IMG/VR virus record: IMGVR_UViG_3300020183_000046
Location: 14,326 to 78,325 of that record
Reading direction: 5' to 3' (one strand)
DNA: 64,000 nt
From: a virus
Below, piece after piece: positions 20,794 to 31,303 of this stretch. The translations under genes were made by a program, and so were the position numbers. Within the stretch, counting starts at the first letter, position 1; every line of letters begins with the position of its first letter. The notes under the pieces were generated by a model. The model was not told where the DNA came from and searched no databases. It saw only the letters and a list, made by a program, of their open reading frames with translations.

Positions 20794-21347
20794 ACAATCT
20801 GTCCGTCAGAGTCAGTGATTTCATATAAAGTATACTTGAAATTTACCTCTGCTGTAAAGTAATTAATATCTGTAGCAGTGGAATCAAATTCCAAGGTTGT
20901 TAAACTAGTTGGCCAAATATTGTAAAAATTGACACTCGATACTGTATTGTAGTTGCTATTAAGAATCAGTAGACGTGCGTCACTCATTTGTTTAGTGAAG
21001 CTTGTAGATCTACCTGATTCATCTACAGTTTGAATATACTCATAGAACTCTTCCCATTCCTGTGGGTTTGTGAGTCCTTTGAGCCATCTGTAAATCTCAT
21101 AATAATTATCAAGTGTTTCGTTCACCAGGAATCTGAGATTCAGATCTCCGTATGTGATCTTGTCTCCTGGTACACTGAAATCTTTGATTGGTGTTTGGAT
21201 TTCTCGAATACCAATATTCACATCTGGAATCGAAGCTGATTGGCAGAAGTAGTCCACGTTTGGAGTTCTACCAATAACAAATTTGAATCCTACTGGAGAT
21301 AAGAAGTTTTGATTTCTTGGAGAAAATAAATTTGTTTCAGACGCCAT
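20790..21347 (-). CDS. g3: Tail tube terminator / completion protein (gp3)
   Basis: NFLSPVGFKF...PGDK..YGDL.LRFLV.E...WP.SL..LEF; position after g23. Confidence 0.9.
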   Translation of the reverse strand: MASETNLFSPRNQNFLSPVGFKFVIGRTPNVDYFCQSASIPDVNIGIREIQTPIKDFSVPGDKITYGDLNLRFLVNETLDNYYEIYRWLKGLTNPQEWEEFYEYIQTVDESGRSTSFTKQMSDARLLILNSNYNTVSSVNFYNIWPTSLTTLEFDSTATDINYFTAEVNFKYTLYEITDSDGQIV

Positions 21348-21498
21348 CTTTCTTATCACCACTAATCATATTTAGTTTCATACTGTCACAGGGTAAAGTA
21401 ACTGATTCCACATCCACATAGCGCATGTAATCAACCTTACAAACGTTAGGTCCGATTTCTGCCATACCAATAATCGCAAATGCGATTAGGTCAATCAT
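21337..21498 (-). CDS. 53-aa hypothetical protein (not in ORF track)
   Basis: MIDLIAFAIIGMAEIGPNVCKVDYMRYVDVESVTLPC...; ATGA overlap with the upstream peptide ORF. Confidence 0.55.
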   Translation of the reverse strand: MIDLIAFAIIGMAEIGPNVCKVDYMRYVDVESVTLPCDSMKLNMISGDKKDGV

Positions 21499-21602
21499 TT
21501 TTTCTTTCCTCCGTTCTTAGCTTTATTAGCGGTAGCGTTACCTTGGTTTTGCTTTTTATTATTGGCAGATCCTTTCTTGCCTTTGTTAGCTGACTTCGCC
21601 AT
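21495..21602 (-). CDS. 35-aa Lys/Asn/Gly-rich basic peptide
   Basis: MAKSANKGKKGSANNKKQNQGNATANKAKNGGKKK, downstream of ATAAATA (21625-21631). Confidence 0.6.
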   Translation of the reverse strand: MAKSANKGKKGSANNKKQNQGNATANKAKNGGKKK

Positions 21603-21637
21603 GGTACATGTGCGTGGAATAATATATTTATCCCAAT

Positions 21638-21662
21638 AAAAAAGGACCTCCGAAGAGGTCCC
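21638..21662 (-). terminator. Intrinsic terminator after g23
   Basis: GGACCTC-TTCG-GAGGTCC-TTTTTT (C(UUCG)G loop). Confidence 0.9.
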
Positions 21663-21682
21663 AGTAAATGTGAGGGAAAGAC

Positions 21683-23044
21683 TCACATGAGGTTCTTAAC
21701 GCGAACGCGACGATAGTAAGCGTTAGCAGACAGGTTGCTGCTGTGCTGAGGATCGCTATTGCTCAGTGCAGTCAGACCCTTAGCAAATGGGTTCAGGACC
21801 ATGCCGTAGCGGGTCTTGAATCCGATGCGTGGCTGGAAGGTATCCTGACCGATCGCTCTGTACATTTGCAGAGGAACGTATGGGCAATAGAAGAGACCAG
21901 CGTCATAAGCGTTGGAACCCTTGTAGCCAACAACGTAGTATTGGTCAGAAGCAACGTTTGCCGAATAAGGATCAATATAGACCTTGAAGCGACCGTTGAG
22001 AGTGCCGACAAAGGTGTTACCAGTGTCATCGATCTCGCCCAGACCACCAACAGCTTGATTGATGCCGCTGGAGTAGTCCAGAACGCCTGCCATAGCGAGT
22101 GCAGAAGCAACGTCAGCAGAAGTGACGATGACGTTACCCTTCCCTCTACGAGTCTCTTGTGCGATTGCGTTGGCATCGCGCTCGATTTGGAAGAGCAGAC
22201 CTTTGAACTTCTCAACCGACCAACGACCGTTGGAGTCAACGTCGAGGTCAAATACGCCAGCGTTAGCAACGTTAGCTTGAGCACCAGGCTTAGCACCGCG
22301 ATATACGGTACGAACAACCTCACGGTTGATCTCAGCAAGGATCTCGGTTGACAGAATGTTTGCCAGCTCCGACTCGGCATCAAGACCGTGGATCGCCTTG
22401 AGGTCTTGTGCCAGTTCAACGGAGTAATCGGCTCTCAGCGCACGACCTTTTGCTTCAACAGCAATACGATCGATGGTGAATGCCATCTCGTTGAACTCAC
22501 TACCGCTGTCACCAGCAGCTTCCAGGTTTGAAGTGGAGAGCTTGGAGGAAGCGAGGTCGTAGTTGGTTGCGGTTGTACCACCACCAGTTGCGTCGTTGAT
22601 CAGACCTGGGTTCAGTTCTGTGGTTGGGGTTGTGGTTGCGCCCAGAGTACCAGAGAACTGTGCGTCTGCCTCGTCGAAGAAGGCTTCAGAACCAGTCTGG
22701 TTGGTGTAACGTGAACGCATCGCGAAGATGAGTCCAGTAGGACCTGTCATAGGTTGAACACCTGCGATGTCATAAGCAATCAGCTTAGGCATCGAACGGC
22801 GGATCAGGCTAATGAGGATAGGGTCGAAACCGAAAACATTACCTGATGCGGTTGTTGGGGTGTTGATAGGACCAACGTTGGTTGGTGCTTCGGTAAGGAT
22901 GGCACGCTCCTCACGCATAGCTTTCTCTTGGTTTTCCAGGAGGATAGCGGTAACAGCCTTACGATAGTTATCCTTGATTTCAGGAAGACCATCATGGTTA
23001 AGGACTGGTGACCACTTCTCTTGGAGGTTCTCAGATTGATACAT
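21683..23044 (-). CDS. g23: Major capsid protein (gp23)
   Basis: LLENQ, DP.LISL.RR, GVQPMTGPTGLIFAMRSRY, ELAQDLKAIHGLDAE, FQPRIGFKTRYG. Confidence 0.99.
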   Translation of the reverse strand: MYQSENLQEKWSPVLNHDGLPEIKDNYRKAVTAILLENQEKAMREERAILTEAPTNVGPINTPTTASGNVFGFDPILISLIRRSMPKLIAYDIAGVQPMTGPTGLIFAMRSRYTNQTGSEAFFDEADAQFSGTLGATTTPTTELNPGLINDATGGGTTATNYDLASSKLSTSNLEAAGDSGSEFNEMAFTIDRIAVEAKGRALRADYSVELAQDLKAIHGLDAESELANILSTEILAEINREVVRTVYRGAKPGAQANVANAGVFDLDVDSNGRWSVEKFKGLLFQIERDANAIAQETRRGKGNVIVTSADVASALAMAGVLDYSSGINQAVGGLGEIDDTGNTFVGTLNGRFKVYIDPYSANVASDQYYVVGYKGSNAYDAGLFYCPYVPLQMYRAIGQDTFQPRIGFKTRYGMVLNPFAKGLTALSNSDPQHSSNLSANAYYRRVRVKNLM

Positions 23045-23080
23045 TTGAGTTCTCCTTTTAGGGGTTTAAGTGGGTTACAA

Positions 23081-24136
23081 TCAGATGCGCTTAGCGAGAG
23101 CAGCAACGTATGCTGACATAGACTCGCTAACGACTTCAATTTTGGCTGGTTCATCTGAAGAAATTTCTCCAGGAACCTCTACTTTGGGAGCACCAAAGTA
23201 TGATTCTTTGATTTGAATCAGCTTCTCACGATACGACTCTTCAGTTTTGAATTCAACTGCTTCAGCGAGAGAGGTGAACTTATCCTTTTGGGTCTCTGCG
23301 AGACCACGGGTCAGTTCATTCAAAATCTCATTTTTACGATAACCAGATACCTTCTCATGCAGTTGGATATTCTTCTCAACTTGTTCGTTGAGTCGGGTCT
23401 CCATTTCATCAAGCTTTTCGCTCATCTCTGAAACAAGATCAAGTTGCTCGTTAGGAACGTTGATGTTGCTTTCGATGAACAGATTTCTAAGACCTTCCAT
23501 GAAGCTCTCTACAATTTCAGCGCGGAGACCTTGCTCAATAGAGAGCTCGTTCTCGGTCATCCACTCTTCACATGCATAATTCAGGAAGTTCTCTACACGT
23601 CCAGCAAACTCTTCTTTGATCGATTCGATCTCTTCAGTGAGTTTTGCTTCGACGGATTCCTTAATAGCAAAAACCTTTTCTTCTACTTTTGCAGATACTG
23701 CTGCTTCGAAAACGGTTTTTGCTTTTTCTTGGAATTCTTCGGACAGATCAGCACCAGACAGAATCGCTACGATGTCTTCGGTGTTGTCCTCTTCGGTAAC
23801 TACCTCGCCCTCTGCCTCTACTTCGTCAAAGATCTTTGCAGACAGAGCACCAGGCATAGCGGAGGAAGCACCACTAGGCTTGGTCTTGAGGGTAGAATCT
23901 TTAGTCGCAGTCACAGGAGCAGCAGCCTTGGCACCAGGATTATCTGTGCCTTCTGGTTTCTCCTTGCTGTTGCTTGCAACCTCCGAACCATCATTCTTGA
24001 GGTCGGACTTTTGAGGAGGAACAGCGCCTTTCTTGATGGCAGCATCGCCAGTGGCAGCTTCTTCCTCAATAACTTCTTCTTCAACCGCAGTCTTTTCTGC
24101 GATCAATTTCTGAAATTTTTCATCAATAGTAGACAT
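23081..24136 (-). CDS. g22: Prohead core scaffold (gp22)
   Basis: LSEEF.EKA.T.FEAAV, YL.Y..EEW..EN, KESYF, MSAYV.AL. Confidence 0.95.
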   Translation of the reverse strand: MSTIDEKFQKLIAEKTAVEEEVIEEEAATGDAAIKKGAVPPQKSDLKNDGSEVASNSKEKPEGTDNPGAKAAAPVTATKDSTLKTKPSGASSAMPGALSAKIFDEVEAEGEVVTEEDNTEDIVAILSGADLSEEFQEKAKTVFEAAVSAKVEEKVFAIKESVEAKLTEEIESIKEEFAGRVENFLNYACEEWMTENELSIEQGLRAEIVESFMEGLRNLFIESNINVPNEQLDLVSEMSEKLDEMETRLNEQVEKNIQLHEKVSGYRKNEILNELTRGLAETQKDKFTSLAEAVEFKTEESYREKLIQIKESYFGAPKVEVPGEISSDEPAKIEVVSESMSAYVAALAKRI

Positions 24137-24180
24137 AATTGCTCCTACGGGTAATAAGACTGCGGGGTAATTTCTATATT

Positions 24181-24188
24181 TATTTATA
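24181..24188 (-). promoter_or_regulatory. T4-type late promoter TATAAATA (g22/g23)
   Basis: Exact motif upstream of g22. Confidence 0.85.
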
Positions 24189-24190
24189 AA

Positions 24191-24838
24191 TCACAAATTT
24201 CTGAGGAAAAGTTCAAATGCGCGTAACTTTCTCTCTTGAAGCTCTTGACTACTGGGTGCAGTGTCAAGCATTTGCTTGATCTGTTCGATGTGTACTTCCT
24301 TAATGCGGTTACCTTCCATGACCCACTCTTTACCTTCATAGATTCCCTCAACAAATGCATCGGGGGCAGAAGGATCTGCTACGATATCCGCAGCAGTAGC
24401 AAGCATAAAGTCATCAGCAACTACATTAGTGTTTCCCTCTTTTCTAATGGAACCAAGTCCTCTAGAAGAGACACCGAGCTGAACCCCCTCGTCAAGTAAG
24501 CTCTTTGCGATCTTACCCATAGGGGTTTCTAAAAGTTTTGCCTTACCAATAAAGTTTGTACCTTCTGGATAAAGCTCAACAATTTTATGTGACACACGAT
24601 CGAGGTTAATCGTTGGACCGTCAGGATGTCCAAGTTCTCCGAGAGCACGTCCGCGCTGAACGAACTCTTCGTTGTACTTATTGACCTCACGTTCCATGGT
24701 TGCATATTTGTACATGCGCCCATTTCTGTTATTGATCTCAGTTTGAAGGAAGATACCCTTAATAAAAGTATCTTTCTTACCGTCGTTTTCTTCGGTAAGA
24801 ATTTCAATATCTTCAATCTGTTCCGTGATCAGTTTCAT
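24191..24838 (-). CDS. g21: Prohead protease (gp21)
   Basis: NRNGR.Y, ALGELGHP, GVSSRGLGS, ADPSAPDAFV. Confidence 0.98.
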   Translation of the reverse strand: MKLITEQIEDIEILTEENDGKKDTFIKGIFLQTEINNRNGRMYKYATMEREVNKYNEEFVQRGRALGELGHPDGPTINLDRVSHKIVELYPEGTNFIGKAKLLETPMGKIAKSLLDEGVQLGVSSRGLGSIRKEGNTNVVADDFMLATAADIVADPSAPDAFVEGIYEGKEWVMEGNRIKEVHIEQIKQMLDTAPSSQELQERKLRAFELFLRNL

Positions 24839-25061
24839 CGGTTTCCTCTTCTGTGGTTTCGTCTTCAGTTTCTTCCTCTTCTTCGCTTTCGGGTTCTCCG
24901 TCTACGGGAACATGAGGAAACATTTTTGCTGCAATATCTTGTTTAGAAGCATCCACTGCCATAGCAGCTTTTACCTGCAGCATGTCTTTGAGTTTTGCAA
25001 GCGCATCCGCTTGATCATTATCCCAAAGCAAATCAACGATTTCTCGCTCTTGTGTATCCAT
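24813..25061 (-). CDS. Small acidic prohead core protein (gp67-like position)
   Basis: Acidic C-terminus; lies between g20 and g21. Confidence 0.6.
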   Translation of the reverse strand: MDTQEREIVDLLWDNDQADALAKLKDMLQVKAAMAVDASKQDIAAKMFPHVPVDGEPESEEEEETEDETTEEETDETDHGTD

Positions 25062-25081
25062 AATATTAACTTGACTGTAAA

Positions 25082-26710
25082 TTATTTATTACTGTTGCTC
25101 TTTTGAGATGCGGGTTTGGGCGGATTTTTAGCTTGCTGGATCTGAACCTTCTTCATATCCATGTCCAAGTCTGCGCTTTGCTGCTCCCTATCCATGGAAT
25201 CTTTCTCTTGAGATACCGTGTCGAGCGGATCAATTACTTTGCCAGACTTGATATCATTTGCCATTTCAACATCCAACTCTTCCATTTGTTTCTCAGTCTG
25301 ACCAAGAATTTGTTTGCGAATGTAATCCGTAGAGAAATACTTACCGACAAATGGATCCATCTGCGCGAGAATCTGAAGTTTCTCGTTCATCATCTCAAGG
25401 TTCTTTAATTCCGTGAAATGATTGTCATACAGATAGTCATACTGAATGTGCTCCTTCATCTGCTCCCAATCTTCAGGAGTAATAACTCCTTTGAGAATCA
25501 ATTGAGTTTTCAGAGTATCTTGGAACAGTTCACTGAACTTTTTACGAAGCTTACCAACAAACTTTGTGAACTTTAGTTCATCTCTGGTGATCTCAGAAGA
25601 TCTACCAAGGTTAAATGAGGTAGCGGAATCGAGTCTACCAGAAGGGACATTTAACGCTTTGTAAAGTTTTGTTTGGAAATATTGCACATCTGTAAGCTCT
25701 CCGAGGTTCTGCCCTCCTGGGAGAGTTGTGATCTCCGTGCCACGACCACCTTCCCTACGTGGAAGCCAAAAGTCTTCCAGCATAGACATATATTTGCGAT
25801 CGTCACGGATCTCCCCAGTATTGGCGTCGTAAACTAACTTGTTACGATAACGACCCATTACCTCTCTGAGGTATTGTTCTGCTTTTACCTTGGGAAGATT
25901 ACCAACGTCGATGTAGAAAATTCTACGTTCTGGTGCGCGAGAGATTCTGTAAATAACAAGACTGTCCTCAATCATTCTCAGTTGATTGAGAACTTTAATT
26001 GCCTTGTGTAAATATGAAAGAACAATATTTCTATTCGTATCTAAGATGCCAGATGTCACATAGGTGATAGCATCTTTTGCAATTTTAATACCACTATTTG
26101 CAGCAGTATTGTTTAATCCTTTTGAGTTGTAAATGAAATATTCCTCGGTCCTACCGAAATCATAATTCATAAACTCGTCAACGTTCTTCGGATTCTTATT
26201 AATCTGACGAACTTTTTTAATCTTGTTTGGATCGATATAACGCAGCTCAAGAATGCCATCTTGAGGTTTGTTTAAGTCGATTACTTTATGATAATATAAA
26301 CGCCCATCGATGTACCAACGACGGAACATCTCATGGGCTTTGTTATCAAATCCAAAAAGATTTTTGATATAATCAAACTCTTTGCGAATCATTCCCTTGA
26401 CGCTATCGCTAACTTCAAGGTTGTCAAGATTAATTTCTACTGGGGAATCATTCTGATCAGCAACGATTGCTTCATGAACAATATCCTCAATAGCGGAATC
26501 AACTTCTGGATGCATCGCCATTTCGCGATACTTTACCACCATGTCAAACTCGGTCTTAAAGTTACCATCTAAGTCAATATACTGACCGTAGTAACCTCCA
26601 GCAATAAAGCTAGTAGCGCCGTCTTCGTTTGTAGGGGGAACAGGGGAAGGTGCGTTTACCTTTTTCCCCTGTTCTTTTTCCCTAAACGAAAATCCAAATA
26701 ACTCTGCCAT
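25082..26710 (-). CDS. g20: Portal protein (gp20)
   Basis: WYIDGR, IYRISRAPERRIFYIDVGNLP, EDFWLPRREGGRGTEI. Confidence 0.99.
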   Translation of the reverse strand: MAELFGFSFREKEQGKKVNAPSPVPPTNEDGATSFIAGGYYGQYIDLDGNFKTEFDMVVKYREMAMHPEVDSAIEDIVHEAIVADQNDSPVEINLDNLEVSDSVKGMIRKEFDYIKNLFGFDNKAHEMFRRWYIDGRLYYHKVIDLNKPQDGILELRYIDPNKIKKVRQINKNPKNVDEFMNYDFGRTEEYFIYNSKGLNNTAANSGIKIAKDAITYVTSGILDTNRNIVLSYLHKAIKVLNQLRMIEDSLVIYRISRAPERRIFYIDVGNLPKVKAEQYLREVMGRYRNKLVYDANTGEIRDDRKYMSMLEDFWLPRREGGRGTEITTLPGGQNLGELTDVQYFQTKLYKALNVPSGRLDSATSFNLGRSSEITRDELKFTKFVGKLRKKFSELFQDTLKTQLILKGVITPEDWEQMKEHIQYDYLYDNHFTELKNLEMMNEKLQILAQMDPFVGKYFSTDYIRKQILGQTEKQMEELDVEMANDIKSGKVIDPLDTVSQEKDSMDREQQSADLDMDMKKVQIQQAKNPPKPASQKSNSNK

Positions 26711-26751
26711 TATAAATCTTTTGATTCCGTTCTACTATTTAGTTTACTAAT

Positions 26752-27354
26752 TTAGACGTTAGCTGCTTCCATAGTATTACCACCACCGCCTTGTTGGGCA
26801 GATGTGGTAAAGAACTGGTATGCAAACTCTACGTCAAATTCCTCATAGGAATCGTTGTTGTCATATGCAACAGTTACCTGAGAAACTGAAACTGGGAAAG
26901 CTTGAACCAGAGTGTAGCTTCTAATAGCTCTTAAACCATTAGCGCCACCACCAAACTTATCAAGTTGTGCAATTTCAATATCCTTAAGGATATCGCTATA
27001 AGCAGTTACTTCAGAAATGTTGGCGTTAACTCTGTTTGTCAGATCAACCCATCTTTCGTAGGCACCTCTGAGTTGGAAGCTATCATCCATGTAGAATGTT
27101 GCTGTCCAGTTCTCAAAGGTTCTGTCTCCAGGAACTTTAATCACACGACCACGGAAAGGAAGTTCTACCGTTCCGACGCTAGTTGCTGGCAGAGCAGCGG
27201 ACTTACACATGATTGAAACTGTCTCTCCATCTGGTCCATTCAAACCACCAGCATCAGGAAATGAATGCTGGACTTGGAACAGATTGGGGCGAACTGCCCC
27301 TTTGATTTTATTTTGAAATTTGCTCAACCCAAGAGCACTTGCTTCTAATGCCAT
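26752..27354 (-). CDS. g19: Tail tube protein (gp19)
   Basis: RPNLF, PFRGR..K.PGDRTFE.W, EEF.VEF.YQ. Confidence 0.97.
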   Translation of the reverse strand: MALEASALGLSKFQNKIKGAVRPNLFQVQHSFPDAGGLNGPDGETVSIMCKSAALPATSVGTVELPFRGRVIKVPGDRTFENWTATFYMDDSFQLRGAYERWVDLTNRVNANISEVTAYSDILKDIEIAQLDKFGGGANGLRAIRSYTLVQAFPVSVSQVTVAYDNNDSYEEFDVEFAYQFFTTSAQQGGGGNTMEAANV

Positions 27355-27376
27355 TTTAGATACTTCTCCTGATTAA

Positions 27377-29338
27377 TTATCTACGGGGAACGACTTCTTC
27401 AAAGCTAACTCCAGTGCGAGTTGCGATGAAGGTCAGGGTGATGAAGTTAATAGAGCGTGCTGGTTTGATGTAAATCTCAGCAACGAATTCGTTGGAATCA
27501 ATTACTGCAGCAGTGTTATTAGTGTCATCGCAGACTACAAGAAAATCTGTGATGCCTCTAGCAGCTTGAATGTCTCTGAGGAATGGCTCAACAACATTCT
27601 TAAAGTTTGCTCTAGTGAACTCATCGTTAATTTCAAAGAGTACCCCCTTCGCAGCGTTACCGATTGTCTTCTCTGCAATCAGGAAGAGACGGCGAACGTT
27701 AATGCGATCAAATGCGGATGGCGAAGCGAGAGCTGTTTTGTCACCAAAGAGAACAATTCCTTGACCAGGCAGAGAAGTAACTGGGTTGATTCTCTTCTGA
27801 TAGAGGCGATCTCTTTCAGCTTTGGTTGGTGAATATGCTAACTTAATAGCATTTTTGATTGAACCACGATTCAGACCAGCTGGTGAGAACCATGGAGTTC
27901 CGTTTGCTGTAACGGAAGCGCACAGACCAGCAACATCTGGGTTGCAAGGAATGTAGCGATACTTATCGTTGAATCTGTCATAGATGTACTTATATCCGTT
28001 ATCGAAAACGGCATATGAAGTGCTTTCTAACGAATCGAAGAAAGAGACAACGTTGTTAGTTTGATCAGTCGATGACTGTACACCGATAACGTTTGATCTT
28101 GCTGGTGAAAGGAAAGCGATGCAATCTTTTCTGGAAGATGCAATACTGATCAGAGAAGCTGCTTTTGACTTAGCATCAGAAACGCTACCAGCAGAAGGAC
28201 CCATCAGGAGATAGTCAACCTGAACGGTTTCTGGATCAGCAAGTTCTTGATATGCTTGTTGTACTTCACCAAGAGTAACTGCAAAATCATCTGCACCCTT
28301 TGCAAGAGTGTATACGTATTTTCCAAGAATATCAAATGCAGTTGAAGAAGTGCCACCAGTATTGGTGTTAGATGAAGTAACTGCATTTGCGCTTACTTCA
28401 TAAGAATCTTCTTCATGCTTACCCCAGTGAACCCAAGATGAAGCTTCAAGAATAACATCTGGATAGTAATTAACTCCACCTTCTGCAGTTCTTGCGTCAG
28501 ATGCCTTCGAGAGATAGGTCAACTTTTCAAGAACAGTATTTGGAGTTCCAGTGATCTTACCATCAGCATCATATACAACCATGTGAAGTTCATCTCTTGA
28601 ACCACCACGATCTGATACAAACTTTGAGGTGCCAGGACGAGGAGCGATATTGTTCCACTTGAGACCAGTGAAAACTACTTGCTCATCGTACCATTCAGCA
28701 ACTGCTGAGATTGACAGGTCAGTAGCACCATTTTCTACAGAGTCGCTTCCAGTAAACTCACCACCAGTTTTGTTAATAATGGCAAGCTTGTTAGATACAG
28801 AATCCCAGGAATAAATCCATGCCTCTTTAGTTGCACCAACGTTAGTGATTACTGTACCAACAGTAGTAGTCGAAGGTGCGCCACTCAGGGTCAGGATTTG
28901 ATCAGCGCCAGAATCAATAAAAGCAACACGTAAAGAGTTTCCAATTGCCCCAGGTGTTCTGGCAGCAAAGTGCCAACCGTTATTACCAGTGTAATAGTTT
29001 GATTCGAAATCTTCCTTATTCTTGATCTTTAAGGTATATGGGAGTGTTGCGTCATCCGATGCGTTGAGGTGACTTGCATCACATCTTACAACATCAAGAA
29101 CACCACCATAAGCTAAGAAGCTCGATGCACACCACCAGTATTCGTAGTTCTCTTCTACTGGTTTACCAAAGATTTCCAGGAGCTGCGCTTCACTGGTAAC
29201 TCTGGTTGGTGTAAGAACTGGACCCTTTTGGAAAGGACCAGCAATAGCTCCTACATTAGTTTCTACTGTCTCAATCGATCCAAGAGTGAGGTCTCTTTCT
29301 TGGATCGCTACTCCTGGCGAGAGAAGCGTGCTAGCCAT
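27377..29338 (-). CDS. g18: Tail sheath protein (gp18)
   Basis: SPGV...E.D, PWFSPAG..RG, GDKT, SAFDRINVRRLF, IKPARSINFI. Confidence 0.99.
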   Translation of the reverse strand: MASTLLSPGVAIQERDLTLGSIETVETNVGAIAGPFQKGPVLTPTRVTSEAQLLEIFGKPVEENYEYWWCASSFLAYGGVLDVVRCDASHLNASDDATLPYTLKIKNKEDFESNYYTGNNGWHFAARTPGAIGNSLRVAFIDSGADQILTLSGAPSTTTVGTVITNVGATKEAWIYSWDSVSNKLAIINKTGGEFTGSDSVENGATDLSISAVAEWYDEQVVFTGLKWNNIAPRPGTSKFVSDRGGSRDELHMVVYDADGKITGTPNTVLEKLTYLSKASDARTAEGGVNYYPDVILEASSWVHWGKHEEDSYEVSANAVTSSNTNTGGTSSTAFDILGKYVYTLAKGADDFAVTLGEVQQAYQELADPETVQVDYLLMGPSAGSVSDAKSKAASLISIASSRKDCIAFLSPARSNVIGVQSSTDQTNNVVSFFDSLESTSYAVFDNGYKYIYDRFNDKYRYIPCNPDVAGLCASVTANGTPWFSPAGLNRGSIKNAIKLAYSPTKAERDRLYQKRINPVTSLPGQGIVLFGDKTALASPSAFDRINVRRLFLIAEKTIGNAAKGVLFEINDEFTRANFKNVVEPFLRDIQAARGITDFLVVCDDTNNTAAVIDSNEFVAEIYIKPARSINFITLTFIATRTGVSFEEVVPRR

Positions 29339-29378
29339 GCGTTAACTCCTGAATAAAGATTTCATTTTTGTCTAGAAT

Positions 29379-29386
29379 TATTTATA
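29379..29386 (-). promoter_or_regulatory. Late promoter TATAAATA (g18)
   Basis: Exact motif. Confidence 0.85.
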
Positions 29387-29398
29387 AATTGCCTTGTT

Positions 29399-31075
29399 TC
29401 AGCGATACTCCCACATGAAGGAACGATCACCATATTCGTCAAGATTCCATCCAGCATTCCGATCATTAATATCTGCAGTCCAAATATTTCCTTGACTGTC
29501 AACTTCAACCATATCATCTAGACCATCAAGAATAAAACCAAACGGTGCCATGTCCTGCTCAATTTGATTTTTCTGCTCTTCATATATCCTCTTTCGGATA
29601 TCTTGATCTGTCATCTCCTTAAAATAAGGTTGTTGAACCAACCAAGAAAAAATAACCAAACACATTACCAAGTCATCGTTGTATCCTTCATCGGCTTCAA
29701 ACGATTGTTTTCTTTGAATGAACGTTGTTAGTTCCGAAACAATATTGTAATCATTTACAACTAACTTATCGTCTTCTATTAATGTCTTTAAGTTTGAACA
29801 TCCTTGAGCTTTAACTGTCTTGGACATCTTGACTCCCATTTGAGTTTTACCTCCAGAGAATCCATGTCCAACTATTTGACCTGCACGACCTCTCATCGCA
29901 CACATCAAAACATTTTCATATTCAATATCATAGTGAAGCATGGAGGCAACAGCTTCTCCAATATCATTTACTTCAACTAAAACATATGCATTATTATAAC
30001 TTGATGCCACCCGTTGAATAACATTAGGAAGCAACATGGGTTTGATATCATGGTCCCTATATTTTGCCACTAGCTTCCACGGAGCTTGAGTAATATCAAT
30101 AACAACGAAAGCAGAGTAGTCCTGAGACAAACCTCTACTAACATCAACACATATAATATAATCGTGGTTATCGAGTGCTGGTTCATATACATCCAAACCT
30201 GCGTTACTTGTGATGGGATCTTCGTATATTAATGATCTAATTTTTGATGCTGAAATTAAAGTATCAACAGATCCGAGAAACTCACATTCAAATTCTTGTG
30301 TGAACTGTCGTTCAGATGTATTAGCTATTGTAGTTCGTTTCCAATCATCATCCCTACCAGGAACTTCTGACCAGTGAACTTCGGTCCAAATATATCCATT
30401 CCTATTCTTCTGAGCATCAACCCAAAGTTTATAGAAATGGTTCATTCCATTTGGCGTTGAAATAATTATGACCTTCGTGCTTTTACCTGAAGTAATAGTA
30501 GGATAAACAGAGGCAAAGAATTGCTCTGCAATATGGTTTGGAATGAAAGCGAATTCGTCGAGGAAGATGATATTAAACGACATGCCTCGGACAGCAGACG
30601 CAGATGTAGAAGCTGCCAATATCTTACTGCCATTTTCCAACTCCATCGAACCTTTGTTGTAGACCACTATACCCTGTTGCATCCAGAGTGGCAACTGTTC
30701 ATAAGCTAACTGTAACCTACCCAGAAGGTCCCTGGCTGTGGACAATTTGTTTGCCAGGATGCCTATGTTGACGTTATCGTTAAACAGGGCATAATGGAGG
30801 AGATACGATACACACGTTGTTGATTTGCCAGTCTGTCTTGGCAACTTTGCAATATTGAATCTATGCTCGTGGAAATTTTGAATGAGCTGCTTTTGAAAAT
30901 CCCACATCTTAAAGGGAACAACACCTTCATCAAGAGAGATAATTTTCACATAGTTCATAGCAAAGTAGACTGGATCTTCTTTGCACTTGATGTATTCTTG
31001 AATCTGTTCTTCCGTAAACTCAATTGGCGTTCCAACTTTCTTGAGGTTGGGGTTACCAAGATAAAATTCAGACAT
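29399..31075 (-). CDS. g17: Terminase large subunit (gp17)
   Basis: YLGNPNLK, PRQTGKST, LDEFAF, STPNG, DVSRG..DYS, DDLVM. Confidence 0.99.
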   Translation of the reverse strand: MSEFYLGNPNLKKVGTPIEFTEEQIQEYIKCKEDPVYFAMNYVKIISLDEGVVPFKMWDFQKQLIQNFHEHRFNIAKLPRQTGKSTTCVSYLLHYALFNDNVNIGILANKLSTARDLLGRLQLAYEQLPLWMQQGIVVYNKGSMELENGSKILAASTSASAVRGMSFNIIFLDEFAFIPNHIAEQFFASVYPTITSGKSTKVIIISTPNGMNHFYKLWVDAQKNRNGYIWTEVHWSEVPGRDDDWKRTTIANTSERQFTQEFECEFLGSVDTLISASKIRSLIYEDPITSNAGLDVYEPALDNHDYIICVDVSRGLSQDYSAFVVIDITQAPWKLVAKYRDHDIKPMLLPNVIQRVASSYNNAYVLVEVNDIGEAVASMLHYDIEYENVLMCAMRGRAGQIVGHGFSGGKTQMGVKMSKTVKAQGCSNLKTLIEDDKLVVNDYNIVSELTTFIQRKQSFEADEGYNDDLVMCLVIFSWLVQQPYFKEMTDQDIRKRIYEEQKNQIEQDMAPFGFILDGLDDMVEVDSQGNIWTADINDRNAGWNLDEYGDRSFMWEYR

Positions 31076-31105
31076 GTCTAATAGTTCTTCACAGAACTAT
31101 TTAAC

Positions 31106-31128
31106 AAAAAAAGGAGGTCAAGCCTCCC
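31106..31128 (-). terminator. Intrinsic terminator upstream of g17
   Basis: GGGAGGC-TTG-ACCTCC-TTTTTTT, followed by TTAAATA (late-promoter-like) for g17. Confidence 0.65.
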
Positions 31129-31303
31129 TAAAGTTATTTAAATAATACCAATCTTCTGCAGTTTCGTAACTCTCAAAGTAGTGGATTCTACCTTTCCAAA
31201 CTAAAGTAAATCTTCCAATCAAGCTATCGAAACCGATGTTAGGCTTACCATCCTCTTCAATTTCGTCTTCGACATAGAGACGATCTTCTGGAACTTCACT
31301 CAT
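31118..31303 (-). CDS. Hypothetical protein
   Basis: 61-aa ORF, ATGA-type coupling. Confidence 0.55.
   Translation of the reverse strand: MSEVPEDRLYVEDEIEEDGKPNIGFDSLIGRFTLVWKGRIHYFESYETAEDWYYLNNFREA

Noticed and set aside
21743-24154. Long plus-strand and alternate-frame ORFs over g23/g22 (202, 208 and 236 aa)
   Set aside because: Shadow ORFs caused by codon bias of highly expressed genes; no motifs or RBS seen.
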